This document shows, one piece after another, positions 26,150 to 37,940 of a stretch of 64,000 nucleotides of DNA. The DNA lies in the NCBI GenBank assembly GCA_026770705.1, contig JANJGN010000027.1, positions 28,086,001 through 28,150,000 on the forward strand, given 5' to 3'. This DNA comes from Isurus oxyrinchus (taxonomy: Eukaryota). A program made the position numbers and the translations under genes. The first letter of the stretch is position 1. The number at the start of each line of letters is the position of its first letter. The notes under the pieces are model-generated. The model had not been told where the DNA came from, did not search any database, and worked only from the letters and a program-made list of their open reading frames with translations.

Positions 26150-28062
26150 CTGAAATAAAAACATAAAGTATGAAAATATAGATTATAAGCAATTATGCTG
26201 ATTTAAGTAATATTTGCTGCCCAGCAGACTCAAAGATCAAAGGGAGGAATGTGCATTTTAGAACTTGAAGTGCCTAGCTATGTCCAGCAGATTGCTTCAT
26301 ACTCTTCCAAATTCCTTTGTGGGCAATGCACAGTTATAAGGGTGTTTGATTGCTACCTAATCAACTAATGAGTTTTCAAACTGGGAAGACTGACTATGAA
26401 CCAAACACAACATGTTGCGAGATTGAAAACCACACAAACTGCCCTGATACCAACAGATTTTAAACTTGCTGCCACAAAGAAATTAAGTCTATAATCATGT
26501 TTAATTTAGAGCAAGACTTTCTGACCCTATTGTCTGGCAATCAATACAAACACGGCCATTGATGCTTCATAATCAGACGCCTCTCTAAAAACATGCATTG
26601 GGAATTCGGAAAAACCAAGTAGCACTTCTGAGTGATCTACCTCAGTCAGAATTGAACTTTCTCTGCAAGCTCACTCAAAATAACCATTTTAGAATTGGCC
26701 ACATTAATTTTGTGGTATTTACTTCAGTTTTGGGGGTAGATCCATAGATTTATCTAACTACAAATGCAACCAAAGCATTTAACCATCGACATTCTGACAC
26801 AATATCACTAACTGCACTGCCTCAATTTTTTTAGCTCCATTAGAAGAGAAGCAGGAACAGGCCTCAGAATCCTTTTCACGGCCCAATGTCACTTTGTCAT
26901 GCTGTGACCAGTTTACCCACTAACACAAGTTCAATCCTTGTACTCAGAAATCGCACACCAAAATTTTGATATCATGAGCAGTGGTTATAAACCCTGAACA
27001 CTAGTTTTTACCATTATTACAACCATCAACACAAGTGTGTTGAAGGTTCCAGGCATATGCAAGAAGCTTCACACAAATCTAACTTGCGGCTTGTGTGTGA
27101 ATGACAGTGGTGACAGTGCTCCAAGCTTCTGCAGAACTGACTGTGCACACAATTTTAGTTCATCAAGCATAAGAACCTAAATCATCGTGGTCTATACTGC
27201 AAGGTAATTGCAACCACTGTGCTCTAACTCTTATTATCTCAATTAATAATTGTTAATCTGAGATTGATCATTTTTTCTTAGCTAAGGGTATTAAGGGAAA
27301 TGGTGCCAAGGCAGATGGAAGGAGTTGGGAAACAGATCAGTCGTAATCTCAATGAATGGTAAGAAGGGCACAAGAAGCTAAATGGCTGATTCCTGTTCCT
27401 ATTTTCCAATGTATTCAACCCCTTTTATACACAGATGTAGGTTTATCTTTTAAATCGTCAAAACTGCTTTCAAACCAAGGTCCTCAATGTGAAAGGTGAG
27501 TGAGCTCTGAACCACATCAACAATCCATCCAAAAAGCACTATTAATATTTTAACGACAGATTTTTCTCTGGGGTTAACACCCTGGCTTTTGAAGACTGAT
27601 TTAACCTAATTGCACATTCACTAATAAAAAGGTTCACTTGCACATTTTTAAAGGTAGAAAATCTACACTGAACAGTAAATACTCTAAAAATGTAGAAACT
27701 GACAGTTGGGACCAATATACTATTGGGCCAGAGAAAGAAAGGATCAGAGAGACATTCACAAAGAGAGTGTTCTTTTTAAATTTGTTGAAACCACTCTCAT
27801 TACCCAATGACTACAACTTCCACATTACAATCATGTCATCAGGGAAGATATGCTATTTGAACAATAACTGAATGTACCTCCCATAATAAACAATAGTAGA
27901 TCCAACAATGCCAAATTGGTCTACAAATGATACAGACACTGCATGGGTGTTTGCGGCCACATGACATACAAGTGACTTGTCAAAAAACATTCAGCACCCA
28001 CCTGATGCTACAATTAAGTAACAGCACGCAGCAGATACATCACAGTAAAAACTATGACATAC

Positions 28063-28104
28063 CTGATACGGCCGTGTTGTTTTGCTGTCCCCCAGTAATG
28101 CAGT
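28063..28104 (-). CDS. GBF1: Candidate 42-nt alternative GBF1 cassette exon (TALLGDSKTTRPYQ)
   Basis: ttttactgctttgttttccgtttcctttgttgccgcag|ACTGCATTA...TATCAG|gtatgt; length is a multiple of 3, there is no stop, and it lies in a phase-0 intron. Confidence 0.5.
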
Positions 28105-29246
28105 CTGCGGCAACAAAGGAAACGGAAAACAAAGCAGTAAAAAACAGATTGAAGAAGCCAAGAGCTAGTAAGGTCAGCTGAGAAAAGGTAGCACCTCTGA
28201 CTCGTTTCATAACGTGGCCACATCCAAAGAACTTGTGAGAGACTCACTCAGCTCATGCTCACCTTCAAATTGGAAAGCAAATCAGAATTCCAATTGTTAG
28301 AAACTACCACCAATAACTCTAAATTTCCAAATCATTTATGTAACCTAGCATTACGTGTTAGAAGTTCAAGTTTTTTTTCAAAAACTGTCTAAAAAGTCCC
28401 ATGTTCAATCCCCACTGTAGGTCAAGTTAGCTGATACCACCCAGAGCAGCAATCCAAGTGGCCTCAATGCCTAGGCCAGGAAAGGGAAGAATACAAAAAT
28501 AAGATCTGCCAGGTTTCTGGTTCCTGACTGGTATTTAATAGTCTTTGCTGGGAAGTATTCTTGTGCAGAAATCAGGTAAGAATTCGATTGGGATTCTCAG
28601 GATTGGGAATCATCTGACTGTAGAAGAAATGCTTTAAAAAGGTATTGAAACAAGCAATTAAAAAGATGTTACTATCAGTAAAACAACTTGAAAAGTGAGT
28701 TGCACATTGCAGTTACATCACTGTCTAGCAGCTATTTACTGTAAGATCCAACATCAAGCAAAAGAAATTCGAGAAAGTTATGATAATCCTGTGCAAAATA
28801 ATTGAAATGCCACCAAATGCAAAATATAAAATTGGCAGCGTCTAGAAATATTTCAGTGTTAATTGTGCTGAAAGGATTTACATTGGTGATTAAAAGGCGT
28901 GTTCAAGAAGAACCCCTTCATAAATAAAAGGTGAGTTCCTGTTTTCCCATTTATTGATTTTTTTTAATAAACAGGCTTACCAGCAAACAAGCTTAAAGGG
29001 CACTGCTGGGTCACCTAACTTATCAGTAAATACTTCAGTTACATTTTTGCACTATTAAATTTCTGATGGCTCTTCAAATTGGTTCACAGCAGTTCCCCCA
29101 AAAGATTGTTGCCCCTTACTTGTTCTGTTATCTGCACCTGCAGTGTGGCAATGATTAAACAAGCAATTAGCAATTACCCTACTTGAAGTAATATGCACAC
29201 TGAATTTAATCTAGTCTCACACTATGCCACAACTCTCACTCTGGAC

Positions 29247-29415
29247 CAATACAAAAGCATACTCCTGATGTTGGAAATCTGAAATTAAAAACAGAAAATG
29301 GTGGAAGTTTAGTATATCATCTGATGAAAGGTCAGCAACCCGAAATGTTAGTTCTGTTTCCCTCTCCACAGATGTTGTCTGGCCTGCTGAGTAACTCCAG
29401 CATTTTCTGTTTTTA
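29247..29415. mobile_element. Partly palindromic copy of the same family
   Basis: Inverted arms (aaaacagaaaatg ... cattttctgtttt), CTGATGA at 29321-29327, and near-duplicated flanks TCTCACT[C/T]TGGAC (29234-29246 and 29416-29428). Confidence 0.72.
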
Positions 29416-31790
29416 TCTCACTTTGGACTGTTGAATATTAAACAAAGGTCATATTTTACAGATTAAAAGAACCAACAATAATTTAAAATTCCATTGAAAC
29501 ATTAAGTAACTGTGAAACTGTACTAAGAGGAAATTCCCAAGAAACTTTAATATATTAATTATACTTTGTAATAAACATCATGGGATGTAGCAGCAAGTTT
29601 CTAAACGGTCTGGTCTGACAGTTGCCTTTTCATTTCAGTTTCTGTAAGAGTGTATCTCAATGTAGCTTCACCCTTCAAGGAAGCCAATGTGAGTTTGTAT
29701 TTGAATCGGTTACCAAAATTTCTGGAAAAATTCTCAAACTTCTCCAAATATTATCTTTAATCCAACAGATGTAGGAACTCTCCAACATTCTTTGACTTAG
29801 CCTGGGACAGACAATGACACATAATTCCTAGCAAGCATAAGGACTTGTGAATAAGTTCTCAAGGAGATGAACACAACTATAGCGAATGATTACTGTTGTT
29901 ATCAACAACATAAAAATATGATTTTTTATCTCCAAAGGCTCACTCAGGTATATTTTCCAGACAAGGACCTTTAACAAGAAATTCACAGGACAAAACTGTA
30001 GCTGTACCACCAAACAAGGACCACCTGTTCCTGACATTCATGTAGCCATTTACACTTTAAATCTGTGAAGCAAAGTGATCCACTTTTTAATAATAAAAAT
30101 TCCTAAATCATGACAGCCTCACTAGTTTGCATTTCTTTGCATTCACTTTTGTAATTAACAGTCCTGTGAAATGCATCATGACTTCTCCCTACACCCCTCT
30201 TTAGCCAGCCTCAAGGAAATCAGCATAATTCATCTGGTACAGTTAGCATCCTAATAATGCTGGCCCTTCAGCGTGAAAGCACCTGGCCTCCTCTTGGCAC
30301 CTTCCGATGCCAGTATTGTCATTGTTTGTCCCCACGTGATGAACTAGAAGTGAAAAGCCTCATCTCACCACTACACAGCAATCCAACATAGAAGTGAAGA
30401 TATCTGTCAGTCAGAAAAGTAGAATTTTCCAAACGTGCCCTGCAAAAGAATTATTGCACAACCTGAAGGCATTTATGAAGTTTTATTAGAAAATGAGTGA
30501 AGCATTTTAGCTACTGAAATGATAACTATATACAAGTGTCTAACGACAATGATTTTCCACACTCACCCCAGCAAACTGCCTGACACAAAAATTACTTGGG
30601 ACATGATTAACTGCACCATAATTGACCACAGTACCCTGGGCTAGAAATGACGAAAAGAACAATTCTTATTTAGCAGCTTTTGCTGAAACGTGTGACTATC
30701 AGATGAAGACAGCCTTAAATGCCGCTATGATGCCGCATATGATGTAATAGCTGCCAACACACAGGGCCTGGGCTCAAATATAACTTCTGGTTTGTTCAGT
30801 GACATGGCCAAAGACAGCCAGAAACTGTTCAACTACCCAACAAAGGAGTTGGTATCTTCAAGAAAGAATGGAGGGCGGTGGGGTATAAGAGAATGGATCA
30901 CCCAAACGAAGTTTCTCTTTTTCAGGTGGCAAATAAACAAGTTGCTGCTCACCACTGGAAAAAATTCTCTAATTACTTTCTTTGTTGCTCCTCAGCCCAC
31001 ATTCACAGCGTAAGATCAGTAAGGAAACAAGGAAAAATAACTTAAATTGTCATGCAGATTTGAACTCTCAAACAGGACATGTGAATTTAAATGGATGGCT
31101 AGTTTTTGGTTCTGGCATAAAAACTTCTAGAAGGTTAGCAGAACACAGGCTCAACCGCCCATAAGGTCTTCAGCTGCTCCTGTTTCTTACATTGTTCCTA
31201 ACACCGACCATAAGAGGTCACAATGCTAAACATTCCTTGGTAACAACTAGAGGTTCACTATATGCCACTGAATAACAAAATAACTCACTGAACATGAGCG
31301 GTCAACCTGGGCCCAATATGGAAATTTCTGTCCACAGTGACCCTATGAATTGAAGACACAAGAAGCCTCCTGGCATTTTCCCTCATTCCACTCAGCCCAC
31401 TGAAATGGCAGCAGCTGAACCTTTCAGTTCATTGCGACATTAAACAAAGTGGCACAGTCTGAAAAAATAGTATCCAGAAAGGCTAAATCATGAAGTGTCT
31501 ACAATTTAGTTTTCATTCTCCATCTAAGGCCAGTGGCTGAGTAACATATCAACAACATATCTGTAATACTCAATACATGGTTCAAGCACTGCACAAGCAA
31601 AGAGACATTGTATAAACGCACAACCAACACTAAGACACTAACTAGCAGACAAGTGCAGCCTTGCTACCACAATCATATTCAAGGATCATCCACAACAAAT
31701 TTGGCAATCATACAGAATATATGATGTAGTGTACTACATTAATGTGAACCACAGGACAGCAGAAAGAAAAGGTTCCTCAGAAAAACTTAC

Positions 31791-31886
31791 CAATGGAGTA
31801 TGAGTGGTCCATCTTGAATTTCGCTTTATAGCACCAACGACACTATTTATTTCACCTTGCACAATATAAATGCCTTTATCTACCAT
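31791..31886 (-). CDS. GBF1: GBF1 first coding exon (exon 2; whole exon 31791-31896 including 10 nt of 5'UTR)
   Basis: Reverse complement reads tttcccctttgcag|atccttcact ATG...CCATTG|gtaagt and translates to MVDKGIYIVQGEINSVVGAIKRNSRWTTHTPL, matching the GBF1 N-terminus (human MVDKNIYI...AIKRNARWSTHTPL). Splice sites are canonical; the following intron is phase 0. Confidence 0.96.
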
Positions 31887-33539
31887 AGTGAAGGATCTGC
31901 AAAGGGGAAACAAATGGTTATATAAAATTGGAAAGAATTGCCTAGTGAGGATTTCATTCTGTACAAATTCATATACAAATTATTTTAAATGTTGGAAACA
32001 TAAGCTCACACTCAGTCACAGCCACATTATTGAAGGTGAATAAAACAAAGGATTTGCTTTCTCTGCCAGGTGTAAAATGGAATAATCTTTACATGGTGCT
32101 TCAAACTTGATCAACATCCTTACATTCAGTAATATAAATACAACGCGAGTTCCTTTGCAATCTTGCATTGGGAAGTGCTGGGTCTGGAAGTGAGCAGATT
32201 AGGAAGGTTTCAGGTTAATCTCCATTTTCTGCTACGATAGCTGATCATGAACATGCTAGCAGTAATTTGTGTAGGCATTCCACGGCTGATCACAGGAGCA
32301 AGAATTGCCAGTGTTAATAATTATCCAATGGCCCCAAAGGGAAAGGACGTATTTGGCATCACTGCAAAACAGTTTCACTCTAACGAAGCAACAATTGCAG
32401 CTAACTGCAGCAAAACTAACTTAAGGTCAAGATTTAGGGTCAGGAGGGACCACCTTAAAAAGAGTGCAACCATACCTGGGTAAAACATTCAAAGTTAAAA
32501 TATCAGGTCAGTGCAGTGTAGCTGGAGTATTATCCATTCTACAGAATTAGTTCCTTTGCTTTGTTGCTTTTGCATTTAATTATGCTTAAAAATGTATTTT
32601 AAAATATTCATGCCTCAAAGTTTCTCCAATTTTAAGTCAAACCAATAAATAGCACACCAAATTTACTGAAAACGAAATACTTGAAAAGATATTTAAAGAC
32701 ATTTAAACCTCTTTGGAAAATCCTATAGGTTTCCAAAAGTGCTTGCACTAATACCATCTGTCTATAACAACAGATATTCTTGAAAGATTAATACATAGGG
32801 TTTTGTTTTCCATAACAATAAATTCCAAGGCCTCAGGCCAGCTTAATCCTCTTTAAATAATCAATGGAAATTGGTACACCTTGATTGCGTCAATTATGAT
32901 TATTTATAGATGCCAAACTTGAACAAAGAGTACACAAAGTAAGGATTGCTGACTAACAAATTGCAAATGGCTCCAAAATTACTGAATTAACAGCTACATC
33001 TATCACCAACTCCACACAATTTCCCAAAACTGGAGTCAGTTGTAATGTCACCAATTCAGGACAGCACAATTTGCAACGTTCCTAAGGTTTCAGCAATCCA
33101 ACCTACCTGCAACACTGCTAGGATAATCGCTCCCACAAACTGACTATTACCTTTGACCTAATTATTACTTAAGTATACTGATGGAAATTTAATAGAGGCC
33201 ACTGTGGGTTCAAAGTTAGATAAACAAAAAATGCAAAACTCCTCCACAAATCTAGTTTCTTCAGGTGAGATATCATTCACCAGAAGGGAGTTGACTTCAG
33301 CTGTTAACATTCGCTTCCTGCCTAGCATTACTATTGCAGCAAAGTCAAGGTCTGTGTATAAGTTTCCACCAACTTTATCTTCATCACCAGCAACATATCA
33401 CTTCACTCCAAGAATCAAATATAGACTTTGTGCCCATAAAATTATGGATTTACAACGTTCAGGCTCTTTGTAGGCCATATGAGAAATGAGAAGCCAATGG
33501 GCCACCAATTTCCTTGCTGTGACAAATCTGATTCAGAAC

Positions 33540-33890
33540 AGTACTGAACGAGTGCTGCATTTACAGAGGTGCCACCATTTGGATAAGATATTGAACAAAA
33601 GTATCACCTTACCTATTTAATTGGACATAAAAGCCCAAATGGCACGATTGTGGCACTATCCAAAGAGCAGGTGTGATTTTGCAGTATCCTGCACAACAGC
33701 TTATCTCTTATACATCCCAAATGAATTAGCTGATCACATACATTTATGGAACCTTGCTATGGACAAGCTGGCTGCAAAATCTGCTTAAATAACAACAGTG
33801 ATGAAACATGAAATGTAATGAATTGACCATGAAGCACTTCTGAAATCTTGAGAGAGACCGACATATATAAATGCAAGTTGCTTCTTCCAG
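33540..33890 (+). mobile_element. Deu-domain SINE, decayed
   Basis: gtactgaacgagtgctgca...ggacataaaagcccaaatggcac...tatataaatgcaag. Confidence 0.65.
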
Positions 33891-34134
33891 AGATTTGATA
33901 GTTAACACATCAAGCTTAAGAGAAAAAAAAGATAGCTTCAATAATTGCATTTCAGTGGAGAGAATTTATGTTTCCTTGAAGAAATTACAACAACAATGTT
34001 GAGATTTGTTTGATCTGCTAGTGGAGGAGCCTTGTTCATTTATAGATGACACACCTGAGGTGCTTTTGTGCATTTTTCTACATCAAAGGTACTATGGAAA
34101 TGAAAGCTGTTATCGCATGCTTTCCACAGGTTTT

Positions 34135-35575
34135 AAGAACCAAAGGAATAGGAACAGGGGTAGGCTGTTCAGCCCTTCAAACCTACTCCACCATTGAAAT
34201 GATCACAGATGATTTTCTACCTCAATTTCACCTTCCCAAGCTATCCTCATATCCCATAATCCCAGAATTGTCCAAAATTGTCTTGAATATATTCAACTCA
34301 GCATTCACAGCCCTCTACTGTAGAGATTTCAAAAGATCCACAACCCTTTAAGTGAAGAAATTTCTCATCCGGTTTCACCATCGCCCTAGAAAATTGCAGT
34401 AACGCTACTTTATTATTAAACTTTAATCTGTTTGTAATAAATGTTAACATACCATTTGTTTTCCTGATTTCTGCTGTACCTGCATATTTAATTTATTTGA
34501 TTCATGTATAAGGGTATCCAGGTCCCTCTGAATACCAACAGTGACATCCTCAAAAAACTAATAGATTTGTAAAACACTATTTCCATTTCATAAATCTGCG
34601 TTGACTCTGCCTAATAATGTCATGATTCTCTAAGTGCTCTGTTGCAACATCACTAATAGTAGATTCCAGAATTCTTCCGCCTATTGTCAGGCTAACTGAC
34701 TAATATAGAGTAAACTACCTTCTTTCTTAAATGACAGGGTTATGTTTGCTACTTTCTTAACAATGGGCATTGTTCTAGAATCTAGAGAATTCTGAAAACC
34801 AATGCACCCGCTAACTCTGTAGCTGCCTCCTTTAGAACCCTAGGATGCAGGCCATCAGGTCCAGGGGATTTGTCAATGATCAACATCGTTGATTTCTCCA
34901 GCACTATCTCCATAGTGATAATACCCCTCAGCTCCTCATTTCTACTGAACCTTTGGTTCCCCACTATTTCTGGAATGTTTCATACATCTTCGACCATGAT
35001 GACAGATACAAAGTATTGGTTTCCTCTCTCTATCTCTCCGCCCCCCCACACACACACCTTAAACCAGCTTATATTTCAACTCTTTCTTGGACTCGAAATC
35101 AAGTTCTGTCGAAGGGTCATGAGGACTCGAAACGTCAACTCTTTTCTTCTCCGCCGATGCTGCCAGACCTGCTGAGTTTTTCCAGGTAATTCTGTTTTTG
35201 TTTTGGATTTCCAGCATCCGCAGTTTTTTTGTTTTAACAAAGTATTGGTTTAATGCCTCTGCCATTTCTTTATTCTGCATTATAATTTCTCCGGTCTCTT
35301 CCACTAATGGACCCACATTTACTTTCATTAATCTCTTCCTTTTTACATACAAGCAGAAATTTAACTTTTAAAACCTGTTCTTGCATCTCTCGCTAGTTTA
35401 CTCTCCTCTTCTATTTGCTCTCTATCAATTTCTTAGTCAGCCTTTGTTGCATTCCAAAATCCTCCCAATTCTCAGGCTTAATACTCTTTTTGGCAACATC
35501 ATACACTTCTTCCTCTAATCTTGCACTATTTTTAACTTTCTTTTTAGCCACAGCTGGACCACTTTTCCCATGGAG
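34135..35575 (-). mobile_element. CR1-clade LINE fragment (internally deleted), interrupted by a younger insertion
   Basis: Minus-strand peptides NVGPLVEETGEIIMQNKEMAEALNQYF and DKSPGPDGLHPRVLKE are typical CR1 ORF2; CR1 3' tail at about 34140-34200. Confidence 0.85.
35023..35236 (+). mobile_element. Short Penelope-type terminal-repeat insertion with hammerhead-like core
   Basis: Perfect 15-bp flanking duplication ACAAAGTATTGGTTT (35008-35022 and 35237-35251); core agtt-CTGTCGA-agggtcatgaggactc-GAAACGTC-aact. Confidence 0.75.
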
Positions 35576-37214
35576 TTTAAGTTTTTAGTCTACTAAACAA
35601 TGTGATAGGTTTGTTGGAAGTATGCTATTGAAACATGTAACAATATCAGTACAGTTAGCCACTGCACAATATCTATGCCTTGAACTCTCATGTCAATATC
35701 ACCTTGATTACACTTTCACCTACCTCACCCTTCTACTGGCATTTGGCTACCAAAGTAACAAACAAAAGAACATTTGTAAATAAATGACATATATGAACAA
35801 TAAACATTTGTGTGTGTTTGAGCCAGTAAAACAACCTCAAGATTCTACTAACCTCAAGTCACTTCAGCTATTTTCTATTTTGATCCCATATGAATTATTA
35901 GGTTGAACTGCCTTAGCGTTAATTTCAAGACAATTAGAAAAATATGCAGATCCCTATTTTGCTTTGACTTTTTGTTTAGTACTTCTGAAAGCTGTTTAGA
36001 AATGTTGAGAGATGAAATCTTTGGTGTTAAACCTGGATATAGGAAACAAGGCATCCCATAATATACATTCTCTCAATATAAAAACACTCTGCTAACTGTT
36101 TACTTTGAGTAAACATCTTGACTGAGATTTCAAGTTTTTGAGGATCTGCTGTTCCGGAGCTATTACCTCTCAATCCTCCTTTAAGGCACTCGGTAAAATC
36201 TGCCTCAATAAACAAGCCTTTAGTCGTCTGCCCTAATATCTCATGTGGTTCAGTGTTAAATTTTGGTTTGATAATGTTCCTGGGAAGCATCTTGAGATGG
36301 TCCACTACTTTAAAGGTACTATATAAATACAGATAATTGTTTCCTCTGGCAGCACAGGTTACAGGTGCAGTCCAGTGTGTTCCTGATTAGCTCTCTTGAC
36401 CTCACTTGGACCTGGTGGTTTGGTCAGGCCTGCAGCTGCCCACCTAGTGAGAAACCTCCTTTAGGTTTCAAGTGTGCACAGCCTTTCAGCAAAGGAATGG
36501 CAAGGGTCAAGGTAACCAACATAACAAATGAACTCTGCAGTAAGTAGGCTTCTATCAGGTTAAAAAGTAACACTGTGAGTTGCAATAGGCCTGTTCTAAT
36601 TTGATAAAGTGGTCCAGGTGGCTGAAAGCATGAATTCCAATGGAGGGGTGAAGCAAGGGAAAGATGGGCGGGGGGGGGGGGGGGGGGGGGTGGAAAACAA
36701 GACATAGGAACGGACAGTTTAGGAGAGTTGTAAGACTGATTACCAATCCTTTGGCCAGTGGAAACAGGACAACTCCATTAAGAATCTTCCTGATGTTGAA
36801 CGCCTCTATTCAATCGCCCCTTAACCATTTCTACTCTTAGGAGAACCACCCCAGCTTCTCCACATAGCAGAAGTACCTGGATACCATTCCAGCAAATGCC
36901 CTCTGCACCTTCGCCAATGCCCTGTCATCCTTCCTGAAGGGTCGAGCCCAGAAGTGGATACAATACTCTAACTGGGGGGGTGGCAACTCAGGAGTTTATA
37001 AAGGCCTTTGGTGGTTGTCAGGCCCCCGCCAATAGGCAGTCCCCACTTTAGGTAGGTAGGGGGGGGGGGGGGGGGGGGTGATTAGCCGCAGAGTCAGAGC
37101 TCTCAATCCTGGCATTATAAAGAGGAGAGGCTGAGGGAAGTTGTGGAGTGAGTGGATGGGTGGGTGTGCAGGGGCCTTGGGAGTGAGGACACAGGGAGAG
37201 AGAGAGAAACTTAC

Positions 37215-37450
37215 CCCCTGGGGGGAACTTCCAACACATCCAAGATGGCGGCCTGGTTACCGCAGCCTGTGGAGAGAGATGGGGAGACTGGGGGAAAAAA
37301 ACCCAGGCGATACCCTCGGCCGATCACCTTGGATCATTAACAACCCGAGCAGCAGACAGCCCCGAGCTACATCACAGTCCCCAGCCCCCGAGTGAGAAGC
37401 GAAGCTTTTCCGCCTGCCGGAGACGCTGCAAAGCGGCGGCTCCCTGGGAA
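37215..37450 (-). other. GBF1: GBF1 non-coding exon 1 (5' boundary approximate)
   Basis: Minus-strand donor GGG|GTAAGT (GT at 37214-37213) at the edge of a CpG-rich island upstream of exon 2, with a YY1 motif CAAGATGGCGGC at 37241-37252. The TSS cannot be located exactly. Confidence 0.7.
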
Positions 37451-37940
37451 CCGGCACGGCCTGAGTGACGTGGTGCGCAGGGGTCCAATCTAACCTGCTG
37501 CCGGCTCCTGGATGATGGACGGGAGACAACAGCCAATCGAAAGCCGCGTAGTCGAAGAGCGACGAGGACGTTATCCAATAGACGCAGTCGGAGTGGGGGG
37601 AACTTCGACCTATCAAGTTCGATTGACCCAACAGAGCGTGTCTTCGCAAAGGCTGCTGGATCAAGGTGCTTTGCTTCTATTTCCTCAAACATGCTCAGTG
37701 TTGGGAGCAAAAGCCTGCTCCTGGGCTATTGGCTGTTTGACAACTGATTGCAACCTGCCTGGCCTTTCGCAGCTTAGCTTATGCACCCTACAGCAGCAGA
37801 CCTCTTTTTGCAATGGAATTTTTCAGCATGTGTGGTTTATTTTTGATCGTGTGCCCTGGCTGTGAACCCTTGAGCACAATCTACAGTGAACCCTGAACTC
37901 TGTGCAATATATGTTGGCACTCCACGAAATGACGTGGCAC
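37240..37940 (-). promoter_or_regulatory. CpG-island promoter of GBF1
   Basis: High CpG and GC content; CCAAT boxes at 37485, 37533 and 37575; TGACGTGG at 37466-37473 and 37930-37937; YY1 site. Confidence 0.8.

Noticed and set aside
37257-37865. ORFs of 112-135 aa at the CpG island
   Set aside because: Stop-poor GC-rich promoter DNA; GBF1 translation starts in exon 2.
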